Shown here piece after piece: positions 10,205-20,113 of a stretch of 64,000 nucleotides of DNA. Numbering within the stretch: the stretch's first letter is position 1; each line of letters starts with the position of its first letter. Origin of the DNA: Promethearchaeota archaeon. Lineage in GTDB: Archaea; Asgardarchaeota; Lokiarchaeia; Sigyniarchaeales; SOKP01. The stretch is taken from positions 1 through 64,000 of the forward strand of contig JAUVNS010000008.1 in assembly GCA_030599585.1 (NCBI GenBank). The letters run 5' to 3'. Below the pieces are notes generated by a model. The model did no database searches and had not been told where the DNA came from. It worked only from the letters and a program-made list of their open reading frames with translations. The translations under genes and the position numbers were made by a program.

Positions 10205-11524
10205 TTATAAAGTAAGGGGAATAAGGATTAACAAATAAAGGCATGAAACTCCAATATGAATAAACGCAAATAAAGCTCCTGTTTTTAGTAACCTTTTAAA
10301 ACCTAGGTTTTCAACGCCATTATCTTTAGCAACTTTAAGCGTCATCATATCTGCTGCGGCACCGCTAGGTAAGATATTCCCCCCTATATTTACAGCAACG
10401 ATAAAGGCAAATAGTAGAGGTATTGCTGGAAAGGAAAATTCCTCCATTAAAACATCAATAATCGGTAAAAAGATCAATGCAATTGGCGTATTTGCTATAA
10501 AACCAGAAAGTAGGCTAACAAGAATAAGGATTATAAATACTGTTAATATAGGACCAAAGGCTTCGAATGGAATCAGCCCAATAATATCTCGAAACCCAGC
10601 TTGCAACATGCAATTAATAACCACATACATGGAAATAAAGAAGAATATAATTTCCCATTCAACATCCTTTAAGATTTTCCCCATTGGTTTATTAGTATAT
10701 TTTCTATTAGCTAAAACTAATATTACTGCTGCAATTGCAGCTGTAAGATATAGTAAGGGCAAAACGACAAATAAAGTAATTGTAACGAGTATAGCGATGC
10801 TATTAAAGTAAAACATTGTTTTATTTTTGATCACAACATCTGTACTTATTAATTCTAACACGTACTCTCTCTGTTGCTCTTTAATCTCCGGCTCTTTTGA
10901 AAGCATTAATTTATCTATCAAAAATATAGTTAAAAACAATAATGCAAAAGAAAAAACCCAGAAATATTGGAAAAAAAAGACTGTATCAAGTCCAAACCAA
11001 GTAGAGATAATGATATTCTCCCCGCTTGAGAAGGGCGTAATAATAGAACCGATGTTAATACAAATCGTCATTCCCAATAAGTAAGTACCGGCTCTTATTT
11101 TTAAAAAATGACAAAGGCGAACGACTACAGGTGCTAAAATAATAACCACGACTACATCACTGATAACCGCCGCTAATAATGTAGTAATAACACAAATTAG
11201 ATAAAAAAAATAGCGTTGATTTCCTTTTGAGATTTTAAAAATCTTTACGGCTAGATATTCTAACACGTTTGAATCTTGAGCAATTTTAGATATAATACTC
11301 ATGCTCATTATAATGATTATTGCTTGCCATTCAATAGATAATACGAAATTATCAAACCAACTTTCAAAACTTAATGGTACTTCTAATACCAAACCGGTAA
11401 CAAACGCTGCTACGAACATGCATATGAGGGAGATTGCTACGAAATCTGCATCTTTCATAGAGTAACTTACAATAATTAATGCAAAGACAATAAAAACAAA
11501 AATGAGTAGAGGAAGATTAATCAT
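10205..11524 (-). CDS. Ion transporter superfamily permease (ArsB/NhaD/citrate-transporter-like)
   Basis: ~12 TM segments; NIGSIITPFSSGENIII and SGFIANTP...NIGGNILPSGAAA internal-repeat motifs. Confidence 0.82.
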   Translation of the reverse strand: MINLPLLIFVFIVFALIIVSYSMKDADFVAISLICMFVAAFVTGLVLEVPLSFESWFDNFVLSIEWQAIIIIMSMSIISKIAQDSNVLEYLAVKIFKISKGNQRYFFYLICVITTLLAAVISDVVVVIILAPVVVRLCHFLKIRAGTYLLGMTICINIGSIITPFSSGENIIISTWFGLDTVFFFQYFWVFSFALLFLTIFLIDKLMLSKEPEIKEQQREYVLELISTDVVIKNKTMFYFNSIAILVTITLFVVLPLLYLTAAIAAVILVLANRKYTNKPMGKILKDVEWEIIFFFISMYVVINCMLQAGFRDIIGLIPFEAFGPILTVFIILILVSLLSGFIANTPIALIFLPIIDVLMEEFSFPAIPLLFAFIVAVNIGGNILPSGAAADMMTLKVAKDNGVENLGFKRLLKTGALFAFIHIGVSCLYLLILIPLTL

Positions 11525-11642
11525 TTCTCTAAATTAAGATGATAGTTTTATATTAATATTGGTTAATAAAGAGTTTTTAATAAACCTAATTAAAATACAT
11601 TTTCAAGGTTTTTAGAATACATCGACTATTTCATAGATAAAT

Positions 11643-12491
11643 CTATTTAAATAGAAATAGTTGTAGAAGAAATTTGAATAGGTTTAATTCGTTTAGTAGA
11701 TTGATATTTGAAATTAGATATTCAAAAATGTTCTCTTCAATAAAATAGTGCAAGGTCACATAATAACCTTCTTCTTGCTTTATTTTGCTTACAAGCCGGC
11801 TAATAAGATTAATAATTTGCTTTTCAACGACAAGCATATCGCAATTGGTAGGATCTATATTTATGATATTTATACCAGAAGTGCGACTAAACGATATTTT
11901 ACTTAATTCCGGATTATTTTGAACATATTTGTGATTCAAATAATTAGTAAACATGTCTTCTATCTGATTGTACATTTCGGTTTTTTTCTCAGCCGTAAAG
12001 TGCCCTTCAATTACATTCATGAGTAAATTCAGAATTTGTTGAAAGACTCCTAGAATATCAAAATATTCAGCAATCGTTGAAATATTTTCAGCAGTTAACC
12101 ACTGGGTGTAATACTCATCGATTGTATCTTTAAATGCACTAAAATGTTCGGTGTTGCCTTTCCATAAGCTTTTCCATTCATCTCTATTTTTAGAAACGTA
12201 ACGTTCTAAGAAGGATTGCATAATAATGTTAAGTCGAGCTTTTAACATGTTTGAACTGATATTTTTTTCTGAGGTTGCAACAAACAATAAGTTTGCATCT
12301 TTTTCCTCTAAATATGACCATCTTAGGCCACCCATTTCGATGCTTTCAATACCTTCTTTTAATTCATAGGTCGTAAACTGATTAAGGGCTGCTAGTAAAC
12401 CACTGATAAGATCTTCGTCTATTGGTAAATCCATATATGCCTTGTATAGCAATGTAATACCGCTTTCTGAATCAAGAATCCATATATTCAT
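11643..12491 (-). CDS. Longin-like domain protein with helical C-terminal region
   Basis: IWILDSESGITLLYK...DEDLISGLLAALNQF...IESIEMG...LLFV...FLERY...W.GN..HF..F...IDE matches the longin beta-beta-alpha-beta-beta-beta-alpha-alpha pattern. Confidence 0.7.
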   Translation of the reverse strand: MNIWILDSESGITLLYKAYMDLPIDEDLISGLLAALNQFTTYELKEGIESIEMGGLRWSYLEEKDANLLFVATSEKNISSNMLKARLNIIMQSFLERYVSKNRDEWKSLWKGNTEHFSAFKDTIDEYYTQWLTAENISTIAEYFDILGVFQQILNLLMNVIEGHFTAEKKTEMYNQIEDMFTNYLNHKYVQNNPELSKISFSRTSGINIINIDPTNCDMLVVEKQIINLISRLVSKIKQEEGYYVTLHYFIEENIFEYLISNINLLNELNLFKFLLQLFLFK

Positions 12492-12577
12492 AATATAACG
12501 TGTTTTTAGAAATTACAATTAGATATATAAAAGCACGCGTTAATAAATGATTATTTTTAAATAAAATTTTAAAAATA

Positions 12578-13063
12578 TCACAAAAAATCTTTTAAATCCT
12601 TTATTTTGCAATATTTTTCAATATTTCTTAACATTTCAGAGATTTTATTTTGTAGAACTAAATCACCTACACCGGCTATACTGCGTAATACATCGCTACT
12701 AAGCGTAAAAGTTTCCACAAATACTCCAACTTTTGATTTATTGGGAGATAAAGGTTTGATACGTATTCTTCCTTCCAATTCTCGAATATCTTTATTGTTT
12801 CTCACATTAAATTCGATGAGATGTCCTTTACCTGGATCTTGACCCTTATCAGAAAGTATCAATTCTCCCTCCATTTCGATTGGAATTTTTATTAAGTCTA
12901 CTTCATCGTATATCTTGGTATGTAGTACGTTTGGTGCCGTAAACTTTGCTTCCATTTTTTTGGAGGGGTTAATCTCTTCCCAAAATTCTGCTTTATAAAG
13001 TGCTTTAAGGAGTGTGCCGTCGTTACAGTTATCTATTTCTAAAACTTTCGATATTTTAGTCAT
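12578..13063 (-). CDS. Hypothetical protein, possibly SRPBCC/START-like fold
   Basis: Beta-rich with long C-terminal helix; AAGGTGA SD before ATG at 13063. Confidence 0.55.
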   Translation of the reverse strand: MTKISKVLEIDNCNDGTLLKALYKAEFWEEINPSKKMEAKFTAPNVLHTKIYDEVDLIKIPIEMEGELILSDKGQDPGKGHLIEFNVRNNKDIRELEGRIRIKPLSPNKSKVGVFVETFTLSSDVLRSIAGVGDLVLQNKISEMLRNIEKYCKIKDLKDFL

Positions 13064-13268
13064 AATTCTCACCTTAATTTATAATGAGTATGATTTACTA
13101 ATAAAAATCGAAAGTTTTTAACCTTTTATGTTAATAAATACAAAAGGTAGAATGGTAGCCTCAGACTTCCTTGATTATTTCATTTTTTAGACATTAAATC
13201 ATTTTAAATTTGTCATCATTGGCTCTTATGCAAATCTCTATTATTTAAAAAATAAGATTGATTTTAAT

Positions 13269-13472
13269 TTACTGGTCCCGAAATAGCATACTTTTATCTA
13301 GTTGTCGTTCTTCTTTACAATTGGGGCATATCCAAGTTGCATCGTTTTTTTTTATCGAATTAATGCACACGTCACATACAAACGTGTCGCAAATGCAGTA
13401 ATAGCATCTATCTAGTATATTTTCACAGTTTTTTCCACATATAAAACAAAATGGTGGAGGATTTTTGGACAT
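13269..13472 (-). CDS. Stand-alone zinc finger, C4C4 RING-type spacing
   Basis: C-x2-C-x13-C-x-C-x4-C-x2-C-x12-C-x2-C (CFIC...CIC...CDVC...WICPNC). Confidence 0.72.
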   Translation of the reverse strand: MSKNPPPFCFICGKNCENILDRCYYCICDTFVCDVCINSIKKNDATWICPNCKEERQLDKSMLFRDQ

Positions 13473-13553
13473 ATCTATAGTACGATTTAAATTCTTTTAT
13501 AATATACAGTATTATGTTTATTATTAATTAAATTTAACAACATTCTGAAGATA

Positions 13554-13739
13554 ATGGATAAGCTTAGGTCACGAATTCAATTACTCTCCCTGCTCATAAT
13601 ATTCTTTATATATAAAACGATTTCAGCAGTGTTTGACAATAATTCTCCAGAATTTACGCTTTGGTTTCTGATCTCTATAAGTTATGCGATCTCTCTTATG
13701 ATTTTATATATAGTTTTCAGACGTAGAGAAAATTTTTAA
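13554..13739 (+). CDS. Small two-TM membrane protein
   Basis: 61 aa, two hydrophobic helices, basic C-terminus. Confidence 0.55.
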   Translation: MDKLRSRIQLLSLLIIFFIYKTISAVFDNNSPEFTLWFLISISYAISLMILYIVFRRRENF

Positions 13740-13794
13740 ATCCATTCATTTGGAGCCAAGAAATAAGCATAAATAAATTTTGGGATGTTTTGAT

Positions 13795-14064
13795 TCATTT
13801 GCTTTTTTTTTTAAACATGTCAGGTATTAAACCCTCTATTCCTAAGCTTTTTAATACACTATCCCTAATATCGACTTGAACTCTCATGTCACGCATTACT
13901 TTTAATGTATCACCTAAAGTTTTTGAGAAAGTATCGCTCATTTCCTTTATAGAGTCTGATGTTAGTTTTAGAGATTCACGAATCGCTAAGTTAGTTTCAT
14001 GCAATTCAGCAGTTAACGCTTCCATAGTCTTTCTCATTTCCGAGAGTTCTTCTTTCAGTCCCAT
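13795..14064 (-). CDS. Small coiled-coil hypothetical protein
   Basis: Heptad-rich helical 89-aa ORF. Confidence 0.65.
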   Translation of the reverse strand: MGLKEELSEMRKTMEALTAELHETNLAIRESLKLTSDSIKEMSDTFSKTLGDTLKVMRDMRVQVDIRDSVLKSLGIEGLIPDMFKKKSK

Positions 14065-14231
14065 TTTAACTCAACATTAACAAATATTCTAATAATATTC
14101 TTAAAGTTAGTTTGATTTAAAGTTTTTTTTATCCGAGAGTCTATCTAATAGCTTTATCAAATATAATCAACTATTCTTTTAAGAATCCATTACTATATAA
14201 AATCAATAATAAGAAGAAACTTGTGAATAGT

Positions 14232-14477
14232 ATGTCGGAATGGAAAAGCAGAGTTAAAGAACCAGTTTCAAACGAGTATTACTGTACGGGCTGAAGTATG
14301 GCCGATGGATTTATAAAATTAATCAATTTACTAAAACAAAAACGGAAAGAAAAAAAATCAAAAAAAAATCTCATAGATTAAATCAAAAATATTAGGATTT
14401 TATCTGAAGTTCCGCAAGAGCTCGAGATTCTACCAAAATTGAAGGAAAAAGGAATTTTTAGAAAAAAAATAAATTAG
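14232..14477 (+). pseudogene. Degraded coding remnants including an LRR-like fragment
   Basis: Broken frames MSEWKSRVKEPVSNEYYCTG* and IKNIRILSEVPQELEILPKLKE, the latter resembling an LRR unit. Confidence 0.25.
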
Positions 14478-14587
14478 TTTCGTGAACAATAATAGCCTTC
14501 TAAATCCTTATTTTTTATAAAACGCACCCTTAATAGGCTTATTTTTTCTATATTACTTAATATGTAATATAATAGTGATTAAAACTT

Positions 14588-14728
14588 ATGTCTGAGGAAG
14601 AAAACGAATTTGATTTCGGTTTTGATGATGATTGTTACTCAACCAGTTGATCGTTAATCAGTATGTGGTACTTAAGAGCATTGAAATTACGTAAAACTGA
14701 AGAAAATAAAAAATCCCATAAGAATTAA
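14588..14728 (+). CDS. Small ORF: 20 aa to TGA at 14648, or 46 aa if the TGA is read through
   Basis: GTGAT SD-like motif before ATG; MSEEENEFDFGFDDDCYSTS-(TGA)-SLISMWYLRALKLRKTEENKKSHKN-TAA in one frame. Confidence 0.3.
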
Positions 14729-14831
14729 ACAAAATTAAATCTCGATGGTTAAGTCGTTAAATGGTAGGATTTGATCAATAAGGTCCTCGCAAGGACTTGA
14801 GATAAAACAATTTTTTTTATTTAAATAAATA

Positions 14832-16196
14832 TTAAACAGGTCTTTTGGCACCTTCTCCGACTTTTCGGTAAATGAAGCCTTTTTCTTCAACAGTTTTCTT
14901 ATCAAATATGTTTCTTCCATCAATAATTATTGGAGTATTTACTCTTTTTTTAAGATCATCCAAATCTATATCGTAATATTCAGTATGATTCGTCGTGAAA
15001 AGTAAAACATCTGCGTTATCGACAGCTTCGTTAAAATCGCTTGTAAGATCAGTAAGGTTATAATCTCGCTTTTTTACATAAGGATCGTGTGCTAAATAGA
15101 CGATATTGTGGGAATGGTATCGTGCTTTTAGGATTTTTACAATATTTTCAGTTGGAGTATTTCGGGTATCGTCAGTATTTGCCTTATAAGAAACGCCTAA
15201 AAGAGTGATTTTAATGTTGTCTACTAACTGATGCGAATCTCTAAATACATTTTCCATTAATTCTATCATATGATATGGCATGAAATCGTTTATTTTTCTC
15301 GCATCAGGAATTATTTTCATTTTTGATTCGTTAATTCTTTCGGTATATTTGTTAAAACCGTAGAGTAAGAGCCAAGGATCCTTCGTGAGACAATGTCCTC
15401 CTACTCCTGAACCGGGATAATGCATCATTCTGTCATGACGGTGATTGATTAAAGTTATAATTTCGAATATATTCCTATTGAAATCTTCACATAGTAAAGC
15501 CATTTCATTTGCAAATGCGATATTTACATCTCTATATGAATTTTCTATGCATTTTGTTAGTTCTGCTGTAAGCGTATCCGTTACTTGTAGTTCTTTTTTA
15601 ACGACCTTACCATATAAAAATTTACCTTTTTCATTGGCTTGTTCGCATCCACCTCCTATTACGCGAGGAAAATCCGTAATATATTCAATTAATTTCCCTG
15701 GCATAACTCTCTCAAATGAAAACACTAAATAAAAATCAGAACCTCTTTTTAGTCCACTTTCTTCCTCCAATATAGATTGAACAATGTTATCTGTTGTTCC
15801 AGGGGCTACCGTAGATTCAACTATTATTGTTGCTCCCTTTTTTATATGTTTGGCAATTCTTTTGGATACTTCTTTTAAGGACGCATATCTTGGAACTTTT
15901 TCGTCATCAACGGGAGTTTGAACATCAATCAATATGAAATCAGCCTCGCTTACATCATCGTAGTTATCAGTAACTTTAAATTTTCCGGCTTTTACTACTC
16001 TCTCAATCAGTTCATCTAGACCTGGTTCTTCTCCCTCGTAAGGATTCTTACCGTTATTAAGCCACTCAATTTTCCATGAGGATCTATGTGATCTCCTCTG
16101 AATTCCTGTAACATAAAAATCCTCAACATCAGCCAATAAAGCTGCCATAGGAATCCCAACATATCCCATTCCAATTACTACTATTTTTGTCGTCAT
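14832..16196 (-). CDS. UDP-N-acetylhexosamine dehydrogenase (WecC/WbpA family nucleotide-sugar dehydrogenase)
   Basis: GMGYVG, DVQTP, ESTVAPGTT, ERVMPG, ENSYRDVNIAFANE, GVGGHCL, DDTRNTP, DGRN. Confidence 0.92.
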   Translation of the reverse strand: MTTKIVVIGMGYVGIPMAALLADVEDFYVTGIQRRSHRSSWKIEWLNNGKNPYEGEEPGLDELIERVVKAGKFKVTDNYDDVSEADFILIDVQTPVDDEKVPRYASLKEVSKRIAKHIKKGATIIVESTVAPGTTDNIVQSILEEESGLKRGSDFYLVFSFERVMPGKLIEYITDFPRVIGGGCEQANEKGKFLYGKVVKKELQVTDTLTAELTKCIENSYRDVNIAFANEMALLCEDFNRNIFEIITLINHRHDRMMHYPGSGVGGHCLTKDPWLLLYGFNKYTERINESKMKIIPDARKINDFMPYHMIELMENVFRDSHQLVDNIKITLLGVSYKANTDDTRNTPTENIVKILKARYHSHNIVYLAHDPYVKKRDYNLTDLTSDFNEAVDNADVLLFTTNHTEYYDIDLDDLKKRVNTPIIIDGRNIFDKKTVEEKGFIYRKVGEGAKRPV

Positions 16197-16326
16197 TTTC
16201 TTAAATTAAAAATGAGGTCTATTTTTGAATTATTGAAGTAATATTGAAACAAATTAATCATAATTCAATAAATTATAGGTTAGGAAGTAAAAAAAAAATA
16301 AAAATTTAATTATTTGTTTTTCATAA

Positions 16327-16998
16327 TTACTTCGGCTTTTTCTTATAAGAAGTCCCTTTTACAGCCTTAAACATAAATGCCATTATAGCTCCCGCAACAA
16401 AACCTCCCACGTGGGCAAAGTGAGCTGTTCCAGTTAATTCAAACGAGAAAAATGCGTAGGTTAATTCCGCGATAAAATACGTAATAATAAAATAACTAGC
16501 AGTTACTTTACGCATGTAAGTTCCGGTTGGGAGATAAAACTTATTGGAAGGATAAAGTATTGCATAAACAGCCATAAGACCAAAAATCGCTCCGGACGCT
16601 CCAAGTGAAGGGATAAATTGAGCTATTGTGACTCCCCAAACTGGAATAAAAACCGTGCTCCAAGCGTGGAGTAAAGTGGCAAATATACCCGAGACGAAAT
16701 ACGTTATTAAATAAAAGACATGCCCCATTGCGTGTTCGCAATTATCCGTAATAACCAGAAAAAACCACATATTCATAATTATATGCATTAAATCTCCATG
16801 CATAAACATTGAAGTGAATATAGTCCACAGTTTCTCCCCTGCAAAGAATTCAGCAGGCACAAAAGCGTATTCAATGTGCATTTGCCCCGTAGGATCCATC
16901 ATTTGCCACACAAATACTGCTATGTTCGCAATCAATATTATTACGGAAAAATATTGCTTAAAAAAAGAAATTTTGTCGTCAGTTGCTTCTAAAACCAT
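16327..16998 (-). CDS. Rhomboid family intramembrane serine protease
   Basis: FMHGDLMHIIMNM, catalytic GASG and AHVGG. Confidence 0.92.
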   Translation of the reverse strand: MVLEATDDKISFFKQYFSVIILIANIAVFVWQMMDPTGQMHIEYAFVPAEFFAGEKLWTIFTSMFMHGDLMHIIMNMWFFLVITDNCEHAMGHVFYLITYFVSGIFATLLHAWSTVFIPVWGVTIAQFIPSLGASGAIFGLMAVYAILYPSNKFYLPTGTYMRKVTASYFIITYFIAELTYAFFSFELTGTAHFAHVGGFVAGAIMAFMFKAVKGTSYKKKPK

Positions 16999-17115
16999 TT
17001 TAAATCATCAATTATGTATTATTTGAATAATTATTTAATATATTGAATTGATTTTAAGAGTTATTTAAAATTTTCTTAAATAATTAATAAATACTAATTA
17101 ATGCTTATTTAAACT

Positions 17116-18300
17116 ATGAAACTAGGTAAATCGAGTTTAAACGATATCGCAAAGATACAACCCGATTCCGTGAAAAGAAGAAGAATTTCGAGTTATGACG
17201 CTTCTGGTGGCAACCATGATTGGGTTGATATTGAACCAGAGGAAAAGGTTGTAATAGCCGAAGTGAATGATCCAGGTTGTATTACTCATATTTGGTGCAC
17301 AATTTTATGCAAATCACGCTATTATTTAAGGAATATCATACTTAGAATGTATTGGGATAACGAACAAGAGGATTCTCCAAGTATAGAAGCACCTATAGGA
17401 GATTTTTTCGGATTAGGTCATGCCAAACATAAAAATTACATTTCTTTACCGCTCCAAATGAGTCCTCAGTGGGGAAAAGGATTTAATTGTTGGTGGCCGA
17501 TGCCTTTTTCAAAAGGATTCAAAATTACAGTAGAAAACGATAATTCAAAAACAATGAGGTTCTTTTTCTATATAGATTACGAAATATATCAAGAAGGATT
17601 TGAAAACGAAAAAGATTATGGGCGTTTTCACGCACTTTGGCATCGAGAAAATCCAACGATACCTAAAAAGAAAGATAGTAACACGGGTAAGAAATTCACT
17701 AAAATCAAACCTAAAAACTATGCCTATAGTGGAGATAATATCGAAGACCCTCGATCTCAGAATTACAAAATTCTCGAAGCCGCTGGAAAAGGTCATTTTG
17801 TAGGATGTCATTTAGATATTGATAATATAACATTTCTCCCATGGTATGTAAATTGGCCAGGTGAAGGCGATGATATGATATACATTGACGAGGATATCGA
17901 TAAAGGTATTCCGACTCTCCATGGTACGGGCACAGAAGATTATGTAAACCAATCTTGGGCGCAATTTCAGAAATATCATGCTCCCTATCACGGTACAATC
18001 AAAGCGGGGGGAATAAATTGGTGGGGAAAAATTTCTTATTACAGATACCACATTGAGGATCCAATCTATTTCAACAAAAAAATTCTTGTTACCATTGAGC
18101 ATGGACACGATAATCACCGTAGAGACGATTGGTCGTCCACTGCGTATTGGTATCAGATAGAACCACACGACCAGAATTTATTCCCTACCTTATTGGATAA
18201 AAAAGGAAGAAAACCACGCTTTCACTATGCACATATGGTTAGAAGAATATTTTGTATTGGCTTAATAATTACAATTGCATATTTTTGGATTTTTCTTTAG
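17116..18300 (+). CDS. DUF2961 / glycoside hydrolase family 172 protein with C-terminal TM anchor
   Basis: SSYDASGGNHD, PGCITHIW, PIGDFFG, PMPF, GEGDD, GTGTEDY, YRYH..DPI.F, IEHG, SSTAYWYQ. Confidence 0.88.
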   Translation: MKLGKSSLNDIAKIQPDSVKRRRISSYDASGGNHDWVDIEPEEKVVIAEVNDPGCITHIWCTILCKSRYYLRNIILRMYWDNEQEDSPSIEAPIGDFFGLGHAKHKNYISLPLQMSPQWGKGFNCWWPMPFSKGFKITVENDNSKTMRFFFYIDYEIYQEGFENEKDYGRFHALWHRENPTIPKKKDSNTGKKFTKIKPKNYAYSGDNIEDPRSQNYKILEAAGKGHFVGCHLDIDNITFLPWYVNWPGEGDDMIYIDEDIDKGIPTLHGTGTEDYVNQSWAQFQKYHAPYHGTIKAGGINWWGKISYYRYHIEDPIYFNKKILVTIEHGHDNHRRDDWSSTAYWYQIEPHDQNLFPTLLDKKGRKPRFHYAHMVRRIFCIGLIITIAYFWIFL

Positions 18301-18384
18301 TTTTTTGACTTTATTGTTTAAAAAATGAGCTGAAAAAACCAACAAGTGAAAATTATAAGATATAATACTTTTCACCTAATATCT

Positions 18385-19389
18385 ATGTCAGAAGTTACTT
18401 TAATTAACGCAATTGTTGGAATAATTCTTGCTTTAATCACTACTTTTTGTTTCAATATAGGTATTGTCTATCAAAAAAAAGGTCTGAAAGAAGCTGCATT
18501 AAAGGGTATTGAGATAAAAACTGAAGAAGGCTTGGTCAGCATAATAAAAACGTTTCTGAAGTTATTTAAAGTTAGATCATGGGGTATTGGTGCGATTTTA
18601 GGAGTCGCAGGTTGGTTTCCGTATATTATTTCTATTGGACTGGTTGGAGTTCTAGTTACGGAACCGGTTATGGCGACAGGTTTTATATTTTTTGTATTTG
18701 CAGCTATGAAAGTATTAAAAGAGAGAGTAGGTATTGTCGAGTACATTGCTATAGGAATACTAACGGTTTCACCAATTCTCATTGGAGTTGCCGGGATATC
18801 TGATGTTGAATTAGATCTAGTCGAATTTGTACCTTCACTTGTTATATTTTTAGCAATCTCGGTTTCCCTCAGCGTTATATCTTTGACACTCGCAAGGAAA
18901 AAAAGAGGTAAGAGCTCTGAGGGACTCTTTATAATGTTTGGAGGTGCTATTCTTTTCGCTCTCGGAGGATCTGCTACAAACATATTAGCTCAAGCGTTAA
19001 TTCAAGCAGGTGATTTTCAATGGTATACAATATTCCAATTACCTTTTGGTATATTCTGGTTTATATTTGCAGGAAATTACATTGTTTTATGGGTATTTTT
19101 AGGATTTTGGATGATGGCTGTTTTCAACCTTAGTAGTCTTCCGTATTATCAAAGTGGGTTCCAGAAAGGGAAGATTCTTATAATGTATCCAATATTAGAT
19201 TCAATTGCTTTATTATTTCCCATTTTTGCTGGTATTTTCGTATTTAAGCAAACATTTGCGAATTTTCCGTTATTTTTTATCGCTTTGCTTTTTACTGTTT
19301 TTGCTACAATAGTCTTAAGCAAGTATCAAGTTGCAATCGAGGAAATGGATACTACTGGTAACCCAACTAAGGAAGATCTACCTAGCTAA
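18385..19389 (+). CDS. DMT-superfamily membrane protein (NIPA/EamA-like)
   Basis: ~9-10 TM segments; FNIGIVYQKKG and LKERVG..E motifs. Confidence 0.7.
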   Translation: MSEVTLINAIVGIILALITTFCFNIGIVYQKKGLKEAALKGIEIKTEEGLVSIIKTFLKLFKVRSWGIGAILGVAGWFPYIISIGLVGVLVTEPVMATGFIFFVFAAMKVLKERVGIVEYIAIGILTVSPILIGVAGISDVELDLVEFVPSLVIFLAISVSLSVISLTLARKKRGKSSEGLFIMFGGAILFALGGSATNILAQALIQAGDFQWYTIFQLPFGIFWFIFAGNYIVLWVFLGFWMMAVFNLSSLPYYQSGFQKGKILIMYPILDSIALLFPIFAGIFVFKQTFANFPLFFIALLFTVFATIVLSKYQVAIEEMDTTGNPTKEDLPS

Positions 19390-19494
19390 TTAGATATATC
19401 AATAAAACCAAATTAACATTACAGTTATATTCTATTTTGAAATGATTTTACTAAAAGAAAAAGTTGATTTGACAATTCTTTAATCTATGAATAA

Positions 19495-19878
19495 TTAGTT
19501 ATTTTTTTTTTTTAGGATATTCTTAACATATGCTATAATTTCATTACCAGAAATGGCCTTAACTAAGTAACCATCCGCACCTAATTCCTTACCTTTTTGA
19601 ATGTCCTCAAAAAAATTTTTCACAGAAAACAAAACTACAAGAATTTTTGGATATCTTGCTTTGATCTCCGTTAATATTTCATAGCCGTTCATTCCAGGAA
19701 GCATAATATCAAGCAAAATTAGTGCTATATCGTCATGTTTTTCTTCTACGATATCTAACGCATCGTAACCATTATTACATGTAATTGTTTCGTATTTCTC
19801 CAACTGTAAAAACTTTTCAGTCAGATTTGTAATATCTTCCTCATCATCGACTATTAAAATCTTTTTTACTGCTGACAT
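19495..19878 (-). CDS. Stand-alone response regulator receiver domain
   Basis: ILIVDDE, LLDIMLP (phospho-Asp), GADGYLVK. Confidence 0.93.
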   Translation of the reverse strand: MSAVKKILIVDDEEDITNLTEKFLQLEKYETITCNNGYDALDIVEEKHDDIALILLDIMLPGMNGYEILTEIKARYPKILVVLFSVKNFFEDIQKGKELGADGYLVKAISGNEIIAYVKNILKKKNN

Positions 19879-20046
19879 TGTAACTCTATTTTCAGATAAG
19901 TCTAATTATTATATAAAATCCTTAAATTTTAATCTTAATTTAATAACTACCTAATATAGTGTCATTTTAGTTGTTTAAAAAGTATGTATGATTTGCATGT
20001 TTTGATCCCTAGGCTCGATCAATTTATTTATTTAAAAAGGAGTTAA

Positions 20047-20070
20047 TCCTAATGCGAGTAGGCATTAGGA
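20047..20070. promoter_or_regulatory. Perfect 9-bp stem hairpin/dyad between the two receiver genes
   Basis: TCCTAATGC-GAGTAG-GCATTAGGA. Confidence 0.45.
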
Positions 20071-20113
20071 AATGTTATAAAAGTCCAATAATTTATTGAA
20101 TATTTAATAGAAC

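Noticed and set aside
14735-14923. 62-aa minus-strand ORF
   Set aside because: Overlaps the dehydrogenase 3' end out of frame and runs through the structured intergenic element; no coding signal
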